This document shows positions 49,652-59,391 of a stretch of 64,000 bases of DNA, one piece after another. The notes under the pieces were generated by a model. That model was not told where the DNA came from. It searched no databases and saw only the letters and a program-made list of their open reading frames with translations. Each line of letters begins with the position of its first letter. The stretch's first letter is position 1. This DNA comes from Hydrolagus colliei (Eukaryota), in contig CM068771.1 in assembly GCA_035084275.1 (NCBI GenBank), positions 930,001-994,000 of the forward strand. The letters run 5' to 3'. Both the position numbers and the translations under genes were made by a program.

Positions 49652-52600
49652 CTGGGGAATAACAAAACAAGAATACAAGTTAATCTCTGGTTTCAGATTA
49701 TAGGAGGGAGGATGGGAGGGGAGGGGGAATGGACAGTGAGACCCCCCCCCCCCCCCCCCCCCCCCCTCCCATTCACCAGTGGGTTGATCCCATTACAGAC
49801 AGTCTGACACCGGATCAGTTACAGGTTGTGGGGGGGGAATCTCTCTGATAAATATGCATTTATCAGCATTCATCTTCATTTTTCACTGATCAGCCTGTGG
49901 GCCCAGCCTGTGAGGCCGCCTCTGTTGGGGTCCTGTTAATCGCCAGGGTGTTAGTGTGTAATCGAGGCAGTGAGCTGCCGGACTGATTGGATAGAATGGT
50001 GGCACAGGCTTGAGGGGCGTCCTGGTCCCCGCTCTCGCCTGGCCCTTCATTCTCTGGCAAGCTCCCTGTGTGTGAGCGGTTATGTGTGTGTGTGTGTGTG
50101 TGCGTGAGTGGGTATGTGTGTGTGAGCGCTTATGTGTGCGTGAGTGTTGTGTATGTAAGCGGGTATGTGCGTGTGTGTATGAAAGCAGGTATGTGTGTGT
50201 GCGGGAATTGTGTGCATGCGGGTATGTGTGTATAAGTGGGTATGTGTGTGTGTGCGGGTATGTTTGTGAGTGGGTGTGTGAGTGTTGTGTATGTAAGCGG
50301 GTATGTGCGTGTGTGTATGAAAGCAGGTATGTGTGTGTGCGGGAATTGTGTGCGTGCGGGTATGTGTGCGTGTGCGGGTATGTGTGTATAAGCGTGTATG
50401 TGTGTGTGTGCGGGTATGTTTGTGAGCGGGTGTGTGTGTGTGTGTGTGAGTGACTGTGCCTTACCCCAGGTGGTGATGCGCTGCCCATTGTCGAAGGTGC
50501 TGTGACGGACTTTGCAGCCGTACTGGACGCCTTTACGCGGAGTGAAGTCAATGTGTTTGAACAGGAAGTAACTCCAGTCGGTCTCGAAGGTCAGGTCACT
50601 CTGCTGGGCTTCCTGCAGGACTCGCTCGCCCTCCATCAGCTCCACAATAGCATTGGGGGGGGGCAAACTTACTGACATAGCAGATCAACACATTCTTCTC
50701 CCCATCCACTGGAGCGTGGCGAGTGTACATCTGCACTTGGGGGATGCCTACGAATATTAATAATAATAAACATATTAACCATATTAATAATAATAATCCT
50801 GGCTTCTTCATCTGTGCTGTGCCTGGTAATAATACAGTAAAAGCCCGTTTATCCAGCACACTCGGGACCTGGCCAATGCTGGTTAATACGCGCGCCGGAT
50901 ATTTGGCCCCCCGAAAAAGAAAAAAAATTCAATGCATTTTTCCGGATAAATTCCAGTTAATTGAATGCGGACCTTTTTTTTTCCCGCGATGCTGGTTACA
51001 CAGAAGTTACGGTTGATTGGGTGCCAGATAAACAGGCTTTTACTTTAATAATAATAATAATAAACATATTAACCATATTAATAATAATAATCCTGGCTCC
51101 TTCACCTGTACTGTGCCTGGTAATGATAAAAAAAATTAATAATGTTATTCATAATAATCCCATTTTATTGCCTGTGCCTGATAATAACGATAATGAATGA
51201 ATGATTCACTGACCCGGGGTGCTCTGGGAATAATAATTAATTAATAATAACCTCAACATGTCATCTGGGGGGGGGGGGACAGCTCCGAGGAGACCCCCAC
51301 ATCCCCCCTCCCAACCCCCCGCCCCGCACTGCTCCAGTTACGCCCCGTCCCTACCCACCTGCCCCGCTTCCCCCCCCCAACCCCCAACGCAGCTCCCCAC
51401 CCCAGGGAGATGCCTGTCCAGGGACTGAAGTCTTTCACTTTCAGTTCTCATCTGAAGGACGGCATCTCTGATAAGGCTGCTCTCTCTCTCTTTGCCTCTC
51501 TCTCTCCCACCACCTCTCCCTCTCTCCCACCCCCCATCTCAATCCCCTCACTCTCCCTCTTTCCTCCCACCCCACCCCTCCCCTCTATCTCCCCCTTCTG
51601 TCTTTTTCCCTTTCCCGCTCTCACCCTCTCTTTCTCTTATTCCCTCTACCCCCCTCTGTCTCGCCCCTGATTCCCTCTCCCAACCCTTCCCTCCTTCCCT
51701 CTCTCTAGCTCCCTCTTTCCCACTGTCTCTCTTTCCCTCTCCCACTCTTTCTTTCTTTCCCTCTATCTTTCTTTCCCTTTCACCCTCCTTTTTTTTCCCT
51801 CTCCTCTCACCCCGTCCCTCTCTCGACCCTCTCTCTCCACCCCCAACTCCCTCTCTCACACCCCTCTCTTTCCATCTCTCCATTCTCTTCCCCCTCCTCT
51901 CTCTCCACCGCTCGACCCTCTCCCCCCCCCCCCCCCCCCCCCATCTTCCTCTCTCGACCCCTCATTCCCCCAACCCAAATCTCTGCCCCTCCCTCTGCCC
52001 CTCTCTCCCCTCTCTCCCCCCTTGTTGCTTCCTGACTTGGAGAGTCTCGAGCCTCCCTCCACCCCAACTCCCTCTCTCACCCGCTGTCTCTCCCCCTTTT
52101 TTTCCCTCTCACTCTCTCTCTCTATCCCTTCGCCCTCACTCCCCCCTTGTGACCTTCTGACTTGGAGGGCCAGCGAGAGAGTGAGACTCAAGACACAGAC
52201 AGAGCTGGGCTGAGAGTTAGCCTCTCTAACATTGTTTCCCCCGACTGCATTATTACTAATAATAATAATATTATTTATACCTATTGTTTATATATTGCAT
52301 TTATACCTCAACAATTCTTCGAGGCATCTGAAAGCGCTTCACAGAATATATTGTAAAATATATTTGCGAGCGAAACGCGGCAGCCAATTGCGCACAGCGG
52401 CGTCCCACAAACAGTCGTGGATTGAGTGACCGTTTTATTATTATTTCCTATGAGGGGAATCACTCTTACAACCGGGTCCCTTCTCAACCTGGAACAAGTC
52501 TCGACGTGATTAATATTATTAATGTTTGTCGCTGAAGGATTATTTCCCTCCTCTGTGGGGAGATCAGAGGTCAAATCGTGAAGGGCAAGTTAAGGACAGA

Positions 52601-54856
52601 CACCAGGAAGTGTCTTCGGCTGGCGGGGAGGGTGGGGCGGGTGCGACGAGAGTAAAGTGGGGGGGGAGAGAGAGAGGATGGGGGTGAGAGAGGTGAGTGG
52701 GGAGAGAGAGGCAAGTCGGGGGAGAGGGGGGGGAGCGCGGGCATGGGGAGGGGGGAATGGAGAGGGGGGAAGTGGGGGGAGAGGGGGAAGGGAGGTGGGA
52801 AGGGGGAAGAGGGGGGGGGTGACAAGGAGGGAGAGAGGGAAGGGAGAGAGGGAAGGGAGGAATGACTGGATGAAGCAGGTTCCAAGGAGGAAAGTGAAAC
52901 TGAAAGTTGATAACTCATTATTATGAGATAACTAGCAGGGACTTTCCAGACCTCTGTCCCCTCTTGTCTGTCTTTCTCTTTCGCTGACTCTCTCCCCTCT
53001 CGCTCTGCCTTTCTTTTTCTCTGGGTCACTAATTCTTTCACTCTGTCTCTCTCCCTGTCTTTCTCTATCTCTCTCTCTCTTTCTCCCCACACCCACCTCA
53101 CTCTCCCCCCTCTTTCTACTCCCTCCTCTATACCCCCCACACCCCTTCTGCGTGCGACTCTCTGTCTCATTCGGTCGGTCTCTCGTCTCTTTCGCAGTTT
53201 CCCTCTCTCTTGTGAGGGAGTGAGACTTGACTTCAAAAGAGTGTAAAAGAAAGAGAGATAGAGACTGAAACGGGGAGAGATTGAGTGAGAGAGAGAGAGA
53301 GCGCAACTGTGAGTGGGAGAAAACTCTCTCTCCTTACTCCACACGCCCGATAATAATCCGTCAAAAAAAAAACACCATAATAAAATTGGGTCATTTCAAG
53401 CCACAACTGTTTGTGGTCGGGACGCTGCTGTGCGCAATCGGCTGTCGCGTTTCGCCCACAAATATACAGTCGATTCACTTTAGAGTTTATTTTGTGATGC
53501 GCTTGGAGACGTCGATAAGACGTGAACGGCGTTATATCCAATGCAAGGATTCTTATGATTAACCGTGGGAGTGAGACAGAGTCACAGTGTGTCAAGAGAG
53601 GGTGAAGAGTGGCCGAGACTCACAGAGCGTGAGAGAGAGAGAGAGAGAGAGCGATTGAGAGAGAGTGAGAGACTTATAGTGTGAAGGGAGACAGAGAGCG
53701 AGAGACTGACTTAGTGAGTGAAAGAGTCAGGAGATCATGAGAGGCTGATCTCTAAGTGAGAGAGACTGGCAAAGAGAGACAAGGGACTCACTGAGTACTT
53801 GAGTGAGACTGAGACAGTGAGAGGGAGACTGACGAAGTGAGAGGGGGTGAGAGACCGAGAAAATCAACCCAGATACAATCTCACCCCCTCCACATATTCC
53901 CCCCAAACCCAAACCCCAAAACCCTCACCAGAACCCACTCACTCACTCACTCTCCCAAAACAACACAAATAAACAACAACAAACACTAATACTGGAGTCT
54001 GTAGCTCAGTGGTTAGAGCGCTCGTCTCGCAATCGAAAGGACCTGGGTTCGTTTCCCGGGAGGGTCAGAGCAAAATGTTGGGCGAGTTTCCACTCACACA
54101 CACTCACCTCTGTTTACCGGCAGTAAGTAGGGACCCGCTTTTTAATAATAATAATAATAATAATCCTTGCATTTTTGATACAGCGCTTTTCCACATCTTA
54201 TCGACGTCCCAAAGCGCTTCACAGAATATACTGTCAAGTTAATTGACTGTACATATTTGCGGGCGAATCGCGGCAGCCAATTGCGCACAGCAGCGTCCCC
54301 CCCCCCACACACACACAGTCGTGGATTGAAATGACCAATATTATTATTGTGGGGGGGGGGGGGGGGGGGATTATTATTAGGCTTGTGTGTGTGTGTGTGT
54401 GGAGTAAGGAAACTTGCCCCAGGTTTGGCCCTGACCTGCCTGGATTCGAACACAGGTCTCCCCAGCTTGACAAGACAAGACGCTCTAACCATTGAGCCAC
54501 AGGAGCTCCAGGATGAAATGAAACGGCGGGTTATTTTCCCGGGGGTGTGGGGGGGGGGGGGGGGGGGGGGGGTGGTGGGTGGGTAACAACCCACCCAACG
54601 AAAATCAATTCGTATAGAAAACGCGACCGTCCGCGGGGACATTCCCGTGCGCGACTGACCGCCGCCTTTCGCTCCCCCCATAAGTCGCCCTTTACCGCCG
54701 CTGGACCTCGCGGTGTATCCCGTTGAAGCGCTTTGAGGCGCGTCTGACGAAGGCTTATTTTTTTTACATATACAGTCGGGAGTCGGTCGGTCACTTACTT
54801 TCCTGCCAGCTGCAGGCAGGCAGGAGCACGGCCAGGGCGAACAGGAGAACTTTCAT
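49635..54856 (-). CDS. B2M: Beta-2-microglobulin (3 coding exons; 118 aa after correcting one +1 homopolymer frameshift)
   Basis: MKVLLFALAVLLPACSWQE/SIPQVQMYTRHAPVDGEKNVLICYVSKFAPPNAIVELMEGERVLQEAQQSDLTFETDWSYFLFKHIDFTPRKGVQYGCKVRHSTFDNGQRITTW/DMDSY*. It has both Ig-C1 cysteines, the SDLxF..DWS motif, a leader spliced directly to a single C1 domain, and no transmembrane segment. Confidence 0.93.
50465..50747 (-). CDS. B2M: B2M exon 2 (Ig C1 domain) with an apparent +1 frameshift at the C9 run 50663-50655
   Basis: Acceptor TTCGTAG, donor G|GTAAGG. The ORF track shows the two halves in different frames (50596..50859 and 50130..50678), and removing one C joins them. Confidence 0.93.
50835..51045. 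mobile_element. Tigger/pogo-like MITE in B2M intron 1
   Basis: TIRs CAGTAAAAGCCCGTTTATCCAGCAC / AAGTAAAAGCCTGTTTATCTGGCAC (21/25), flanked by TA. Confidence 0.75.
52889..52947. promoter_or_regulatory. ISRE plus NF-kB site cluster in B2M intron 1
   Basis: GAAAGTGAAACTGAAAGT (52890-52907, triple GAAANN) and the canonical kB site GGGACTTTCC (52938-52947), 30 nt apart. Confidence 0.7.
54636..54645. promoter_or_regulatory. kB-like site near the B2M exon 1 donor
   Basis: GGGACATTCC fits GGGRNWYYCC and lies in a CpG-rich stretch (54600-54780). Confidence 0.4.
54799..54856 (-). CDS. B2M: B2M exon 1 (signal peptide)
   Basis: ATG AAA GTT CTC CTG TTC GCC CTG GCC GTG CTC CTG CCT GCC TGC AGC TGG CAG GAA A|GTAAGT: a hydrophobic leader with a phase-1 donor that matches exon 2. 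Confidence 0.9.
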
Positions 54857-55001
54857 CTTGTCCGTGGGTTGGTTTGGCGGTTACTAACTCTCGGTCAGTC
54901 TCTCTGGTCTCGAACACTGCTGCTATCTCTTACCGCGACTCAGAGTGACTGTCCCACTCACCACTGGCGCTGATCTCCCCGACTCACTGACTGACTCACA
55001 G

Positions 55002-55067
55002 CCAATGGGTGGATCACAGGAGCTGCGCGTAACGTGGTCTCTGGGTAGATGCCTCTGAAACAGGTTG
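55002..55067 (-). promoter_or_regulatory. S-X-Y (SXY) MHC-type promoter module of B2M
   Basis: S box CAACCTG 55067-55061, X1/X2 CCCAGAGACCACGTTACG 55045-55028, Y box ATTGG 55006-55002. The order and spacing (15 nt S-X, 21 nt X2-Y) are as expected. An AP-1 site TGACTCA lies at 54992-54998. Confidence 0.8.
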
Positions 55068-55639
55068 TGATCNNNNNNNNNNNNNNNNNNNNNNNNNNNN
55101 NNNNNNNNNNNNNNNNNNNNNNNNNNNNNNNNNNNNNNNNNNNNNNNNNNNNNNNNNNNNNNNNNNNNNNNNNNNNNNNNNNNNNNNNNNNNNNNNNNNN
55201 NNNNNNNNNNNNNNNNNNNNNNNNNNNNNNNNNNNNNNNNNNNNNNNNNNNNNNNCCACCCAACATGTCCTCTCCATCTCTCTCTGGCTCTGTCTGGCTG
55301 TGTCAGGCTCTGGGTCTCTCTGTCTCACTCTCGATGTGTGTGTTTCTCACTGTACGTGTCTCTCTCTCACCGTGTGTGTCTCTCTCTCTCTCTGTGTGTG
55401 TGTCCGCGTCTGTGTTTCTTTAATAATCTTTCCATTTGATACGGCGCTTTCCACATCTTATCGAGGTCCCAAAGCGTTTTCACGGATATACTGTAAAGTG
55501 AAGTGACTGTATATATATTGTGGGCGAATCGCGGCAGCGATTGCGCGCAGCGGTGTGTCCCCCCCCCCACACACACAGTCGTGGGTTGAAATGACCAATT
55601 TTATTATTGTGGGGTTTTTTGGAGGGATTTATTTGTATG

Positions 55640-56900
55640 TGCCACCGAATCGCTCGTCCACACATTCATCACATCCCGGCTTAACTTCGCCAACTCCCTC
55701 CTGACCGGCCTCCCCAACTCTTCCCCCCCCCCACAAGCTTCCCTCCCGTCCCCAAACTCTGCAGCTCGTGTTCTCTCACACAACAATCTTCATCGAGTCC
55801 CCCCCTTGTTTTCTGTGTCTTTGTCACCCCCACTGACGCTTGAGGGAGTGTTTGTGGTCCATCACTCAGAGGATTCAAATCAACAACTAAATCAAGATCC
55901 TGGGTCCTCACCTTTAAAGCCCAACATGGCCTTGTCCCCCTCACCACCCCCAACCCCCCCACTCCCCCACCATACACACACCTCTGCTGCCTCCTAATCC
56001 CCTATCAACCTGTCCATGGGCTCTCGTCTGATCCATGTCCCCCGCCCAACCATCGGCGGTCGAGCCTTCAGCCACTCTGCCCCCAACCTCTGGAATTCCA
56101 TCCCGCAATCCCTCCGCCTTGTCCCCTCCCTGCCTCCTCAAGACCGTCCTCTTTGACGGTCCCATCGGTCACTCTCACACCCTCCGCCCTCCCAGATCTC
56201 TGCCACAGCTCAGGTCCGAAACACTGAAAGTCCAGTGCCTTGGGTGGGGAGGTCGGGGGACATCGTGGGGCAGACTGGAGCTGACTGAGTGGAGGAGAGG
56301 ACAGGCTGGTGGGGGGGTTAGGAGGTCGGAGAGGTAGGGTAGGGCAAGGCCATGGAGGCCTTTAAAGGTGAGGACCTGGATTTTGAATCGAATCCTCTGT
56401 GATGGGAAGCCTGCGGAGTTTGGCGAGGATAGGGGTGGTAGGTTTGCGGAGTCTGGTGCGGTGGAGGACATGGGCTGCAGAGTTCTGGATGATCTGCAGC
56501 CTATGGAGGGAGGATTGGGAAGTCTGACGAGCATTGTCAGCATTGTTGTGCCTGGATGTAATGAAGGCCTAGATGAGTTTCAGCGGCCTGTGGGATGTGG
56601 CAGTGTCGGGAGCCCAGCGACGATGCGGAGGTGAGGGGTCTTACAGGCTGATAGGCCTTGTGGTGAGATTGGGGGACGGGGCAGTTGGGGTGGCGACTGG
56701 GACAGTCGACGGCATCCGACATGGTGGGCGCCACGGAGAATTGGCAGACTGGAGCAGTGGGAGGGTCGAGCAGGGAGAGGAGTCAGGCAGGAGGGTGGAG
56801 AGGAGAGTTGATCGGAAGCACGTGGAGGGTGGAGGACGGGGACAGGAGCAGTTTGGGGAAGCGCACGCTGTGACTAGGAGCAGATAGGGGGGTGTCAACA
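55640..56900. mobile_element. Two oppositely oriented L2 fragments upstream of B2M
   Basis: Plus-strand L2 3' sequence at 55640-56160 and minus-strand RIRFKIQVLTFKGLHGLALPYLSDLL at 56175-56900. Confidence 0.7.
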
Positions 56901-57091
56901 TGGCATGGTTAGCCCACTGGACTGGTGAGGATTATCATGGGAGGGGAGTGGGAGAGGAGGGGAAGACAGTGTTGCTTTCCCAGTGACTGCTAACCTGGAG
57001 ATACTAATGAGGTGGGCGGATGCGACGTGACTCAGTGGCCGGTTACTGATTAGGTGAAGCCTCAGGGAGTCAGCGATCCATCGATCCATCG

Positions 57092-57122
<31 letters not shown>

Positions 57123-57939
57123 CTTACATTTATATAGCGCCTTTCACGTTGAGAGGTCGTCCCAAGGCGCTGTACAGTCAGGTAGGGACAAGAGCAGGGG
57201 GGGCAGGTTGAAGGAGAGTAGGAAAATTGACTATATTTGTGCACGATGGGGGTGATGGGGCTTCAGAGCAGCCAAGGGCAAGTCCCTCATGAGCTCCGCA
57301 CCGCACTGGGCCGCGATGGGTCTTGTGGCCGTTGGGGTGGGGTGGGTGTTGAATCCCTCAACGATGATGTCCTTGAGCCCCAAGCTTCGGGCTCCACAGG
57401 CGGAGATTCCTTGCATTTCATACAGTGCCTTATCATGACTTCCAGATGTCTCAAAGCGCTTCATAGGATACACTGCAACGTGAAGTGACTGTGTCTGTGG
57501 GCTAAATGCGTTGGCCAATTGCGCACAGCAGTGTTCCACAAACAGTCTTGGATTGAAGTGACTATAATTTATTGGGGGGTTTTTTGAGTGATTATTATCA
57601 GGCATGCGGAGAAATTCTCCCAAGGTTTCACCCTGACCCGCTGGGGATCGAACTCAGATCTCTCGCTTGTAATGTGAGGGCTCTACGACAACAACAACAA
57701 CAACAACAACAGATCCCGGGGGGTCAGCAGGGGCAGGGGGAGAAAGGTGACCAAAGGCACAGTCGAAGAGAAAAGTCTTCAGCTGAGACTAACCACTGAG
57801 CGACATGTCTCCATAAGCACGAGGAGAGGGCCTGGTTGGGAAGGTCAACAAAACTCTTTGAGAGAGAGAGACAGAGAGAGAGAGAGACACCATCCTGAGG
57901 TTCGAATATTCAGGGCAACCCAGTGTCTGTGAGTGTGGA

Positions 57940-58760
57940 GCTCCATCTGTGTGTCTCTCTCTGTGTATGTGTCTGTGTGACTCTTGTGTGTATGCATATA
58001 TCTGTGTGTGTGTCTCTACGTGCTTGTGACTGACTGTGAGTGTGTTTGTGTGAGGCTCTGTGGGTGTCTGTGTGGGGCTGTGTGTGTGTGTGTGAGCCTC
58101 TGTGTGTGTGTCTGAGGCTGTGTGTGTGTGTGTCTCTCTTTGTGTGTGTTTCTCTGTGTGTGTGGCTGTGTGTGCGTGTCTGTGTGTGTGGCTGTGTGTG
58201 CGTGTCTGTGTGTGTGTGTGGCTCTGTGTGTGTGTCTGTGTGGGGCTCTGTGTGTGTATGTGGGTGTCTGTGTGTGTGTGTGTGTCTGTGTGGGGCTGTG
58301 TGTGTGAGCCTCTGTGTGTGTTTCTGTGGGGCTGAGTGTGTGTGAGGCTTTGTGTGTGTGTCTGTGTGGGGCTCTGTGTGTGTCTCTGTGTGTGTGTTTC
58401 TGTGGGGCTGAGTGTGTGTGGGGCTCTGTGTGTGTGTGTGAGGCTCTGTGTGTGTGTCTCTGTGTGGGGCTCTGTGTGTGTGTGTGTGGCTCTGTGTGTG
58501 TGTTTCTGTGGGGCTGAGTGTGTGTGAGGCTCTGTGTGTGTCTCTCTGTGTGTGTTTCTGTGGGGCTGAGTGTGTGTGGGGCTCTGTGTGTGTGTGTGAG
58601 GCTCTGTGTGTGTGTCTCTGTGTGGCTGTGTGTGTGTGGCTCTGTGTGTGTGTCTGCGTGTTTCTCTGTGAGGCTCTGTGTGTGTGTCTCTGTGTGTTTG
58701 TGTCTGTCTGTGTGTGTGTGTCTGTGTGTGTGGCTCTGTGTGTGTGTGTGTGTGTGTGAG
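57940..58760. repeat. (TG)-rich minisatellite with GAGGCTCT/GGGGCT spacers
   Basis: Seen directly in the sequence. Confidence 0.9.
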
Positions 58761-58884
58761 AGCTGTGGCAGGATGGCTGTGAGCTGGTGGGGGTGTTTGC
58801 TGCCTGTGTCAGCCTGTGACCTGGTGTGTGTTGAGTGTTTTGCTGCAGTGCTGGCCGTGGATTGTGAGTGTGGGCTGGGCCAGT

Positions 58885-59391
58885 GCGGGGTTAGAGACAG
58901 GGAGGGGGGGGGGCTGGGTTAGTGACAGGGAGGGGGGGCTGGTTAGAGACAGGGAGGGGGGGGGGGCTGGGTTAGAGACAGGGAGGGGGGGCAGGGTTAG
59001 AGACAGGGAGGGGGGGGGGGGCGAGGGTTAGAGACAGGGAAGGAGGGGGGCTGGGTTAGAGACAGGGAGGGGGGGGGGCTGGGTTAGAGACAGGGAGGGG
59101 GGGGGGGGCGAGGGTTAGAGACAGGGAGGGGGGGGGCTGGGTTAGAGACAGGGAGGGGGGGGGCTGGGTTAGAGACAGGGAGGGGGGGGGCTGGTTAGAG
59201 ACAGGGAGGGGGGGGGGGGCTGGGTTAGAGACAGGGAGGGGGGGGGGGGGGCGAGGGTTAGAGACAGGGAGGGGGGGGAAGGGGGGGGGGCTGGGTTAGA
59301 GACAGGGAGGGGGGGGGGGCTGGGTTAGAGACAGGGAGGGGGGGGGCTGGGTTAGAGACAGGAGGGGGGGGGGCTGGGTTAGAGACAGGGA
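58885..59391. repeat. G-rich minisatellite GGGTTAGAGACAGGGAG(n)CT
   Basis: 18 copies counted before the gap at 59392, with a variable G-run. Confidence 0.92.

Noticed and set aside
49846-49868. Small hairpin CTGATAAAT-loop-ATTTATCAG in B2M intron 2 as an ncRNA
   Set aside because: It is only a 9-bp stem with no box motifs or other support.
50465-50747. MHC class I alpha3, class II or W-category domain instead of B2M
   Set aside because: The leader exon splices in phase directly to this single C1 exon, which is followed by a 5-codon stop exon. I found no peptide-binding or transmembrane exon, and the SDLxF..DWS motif is B2M-type.
58885-59391. Interstitial telomeric repeat or CRISPR-like array
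   Set aside because: The unit contains GGGTTAG but continues AGACAGGG rather than (TTAGGG)n. There are no unique spacers, and the context is eukaryotic.
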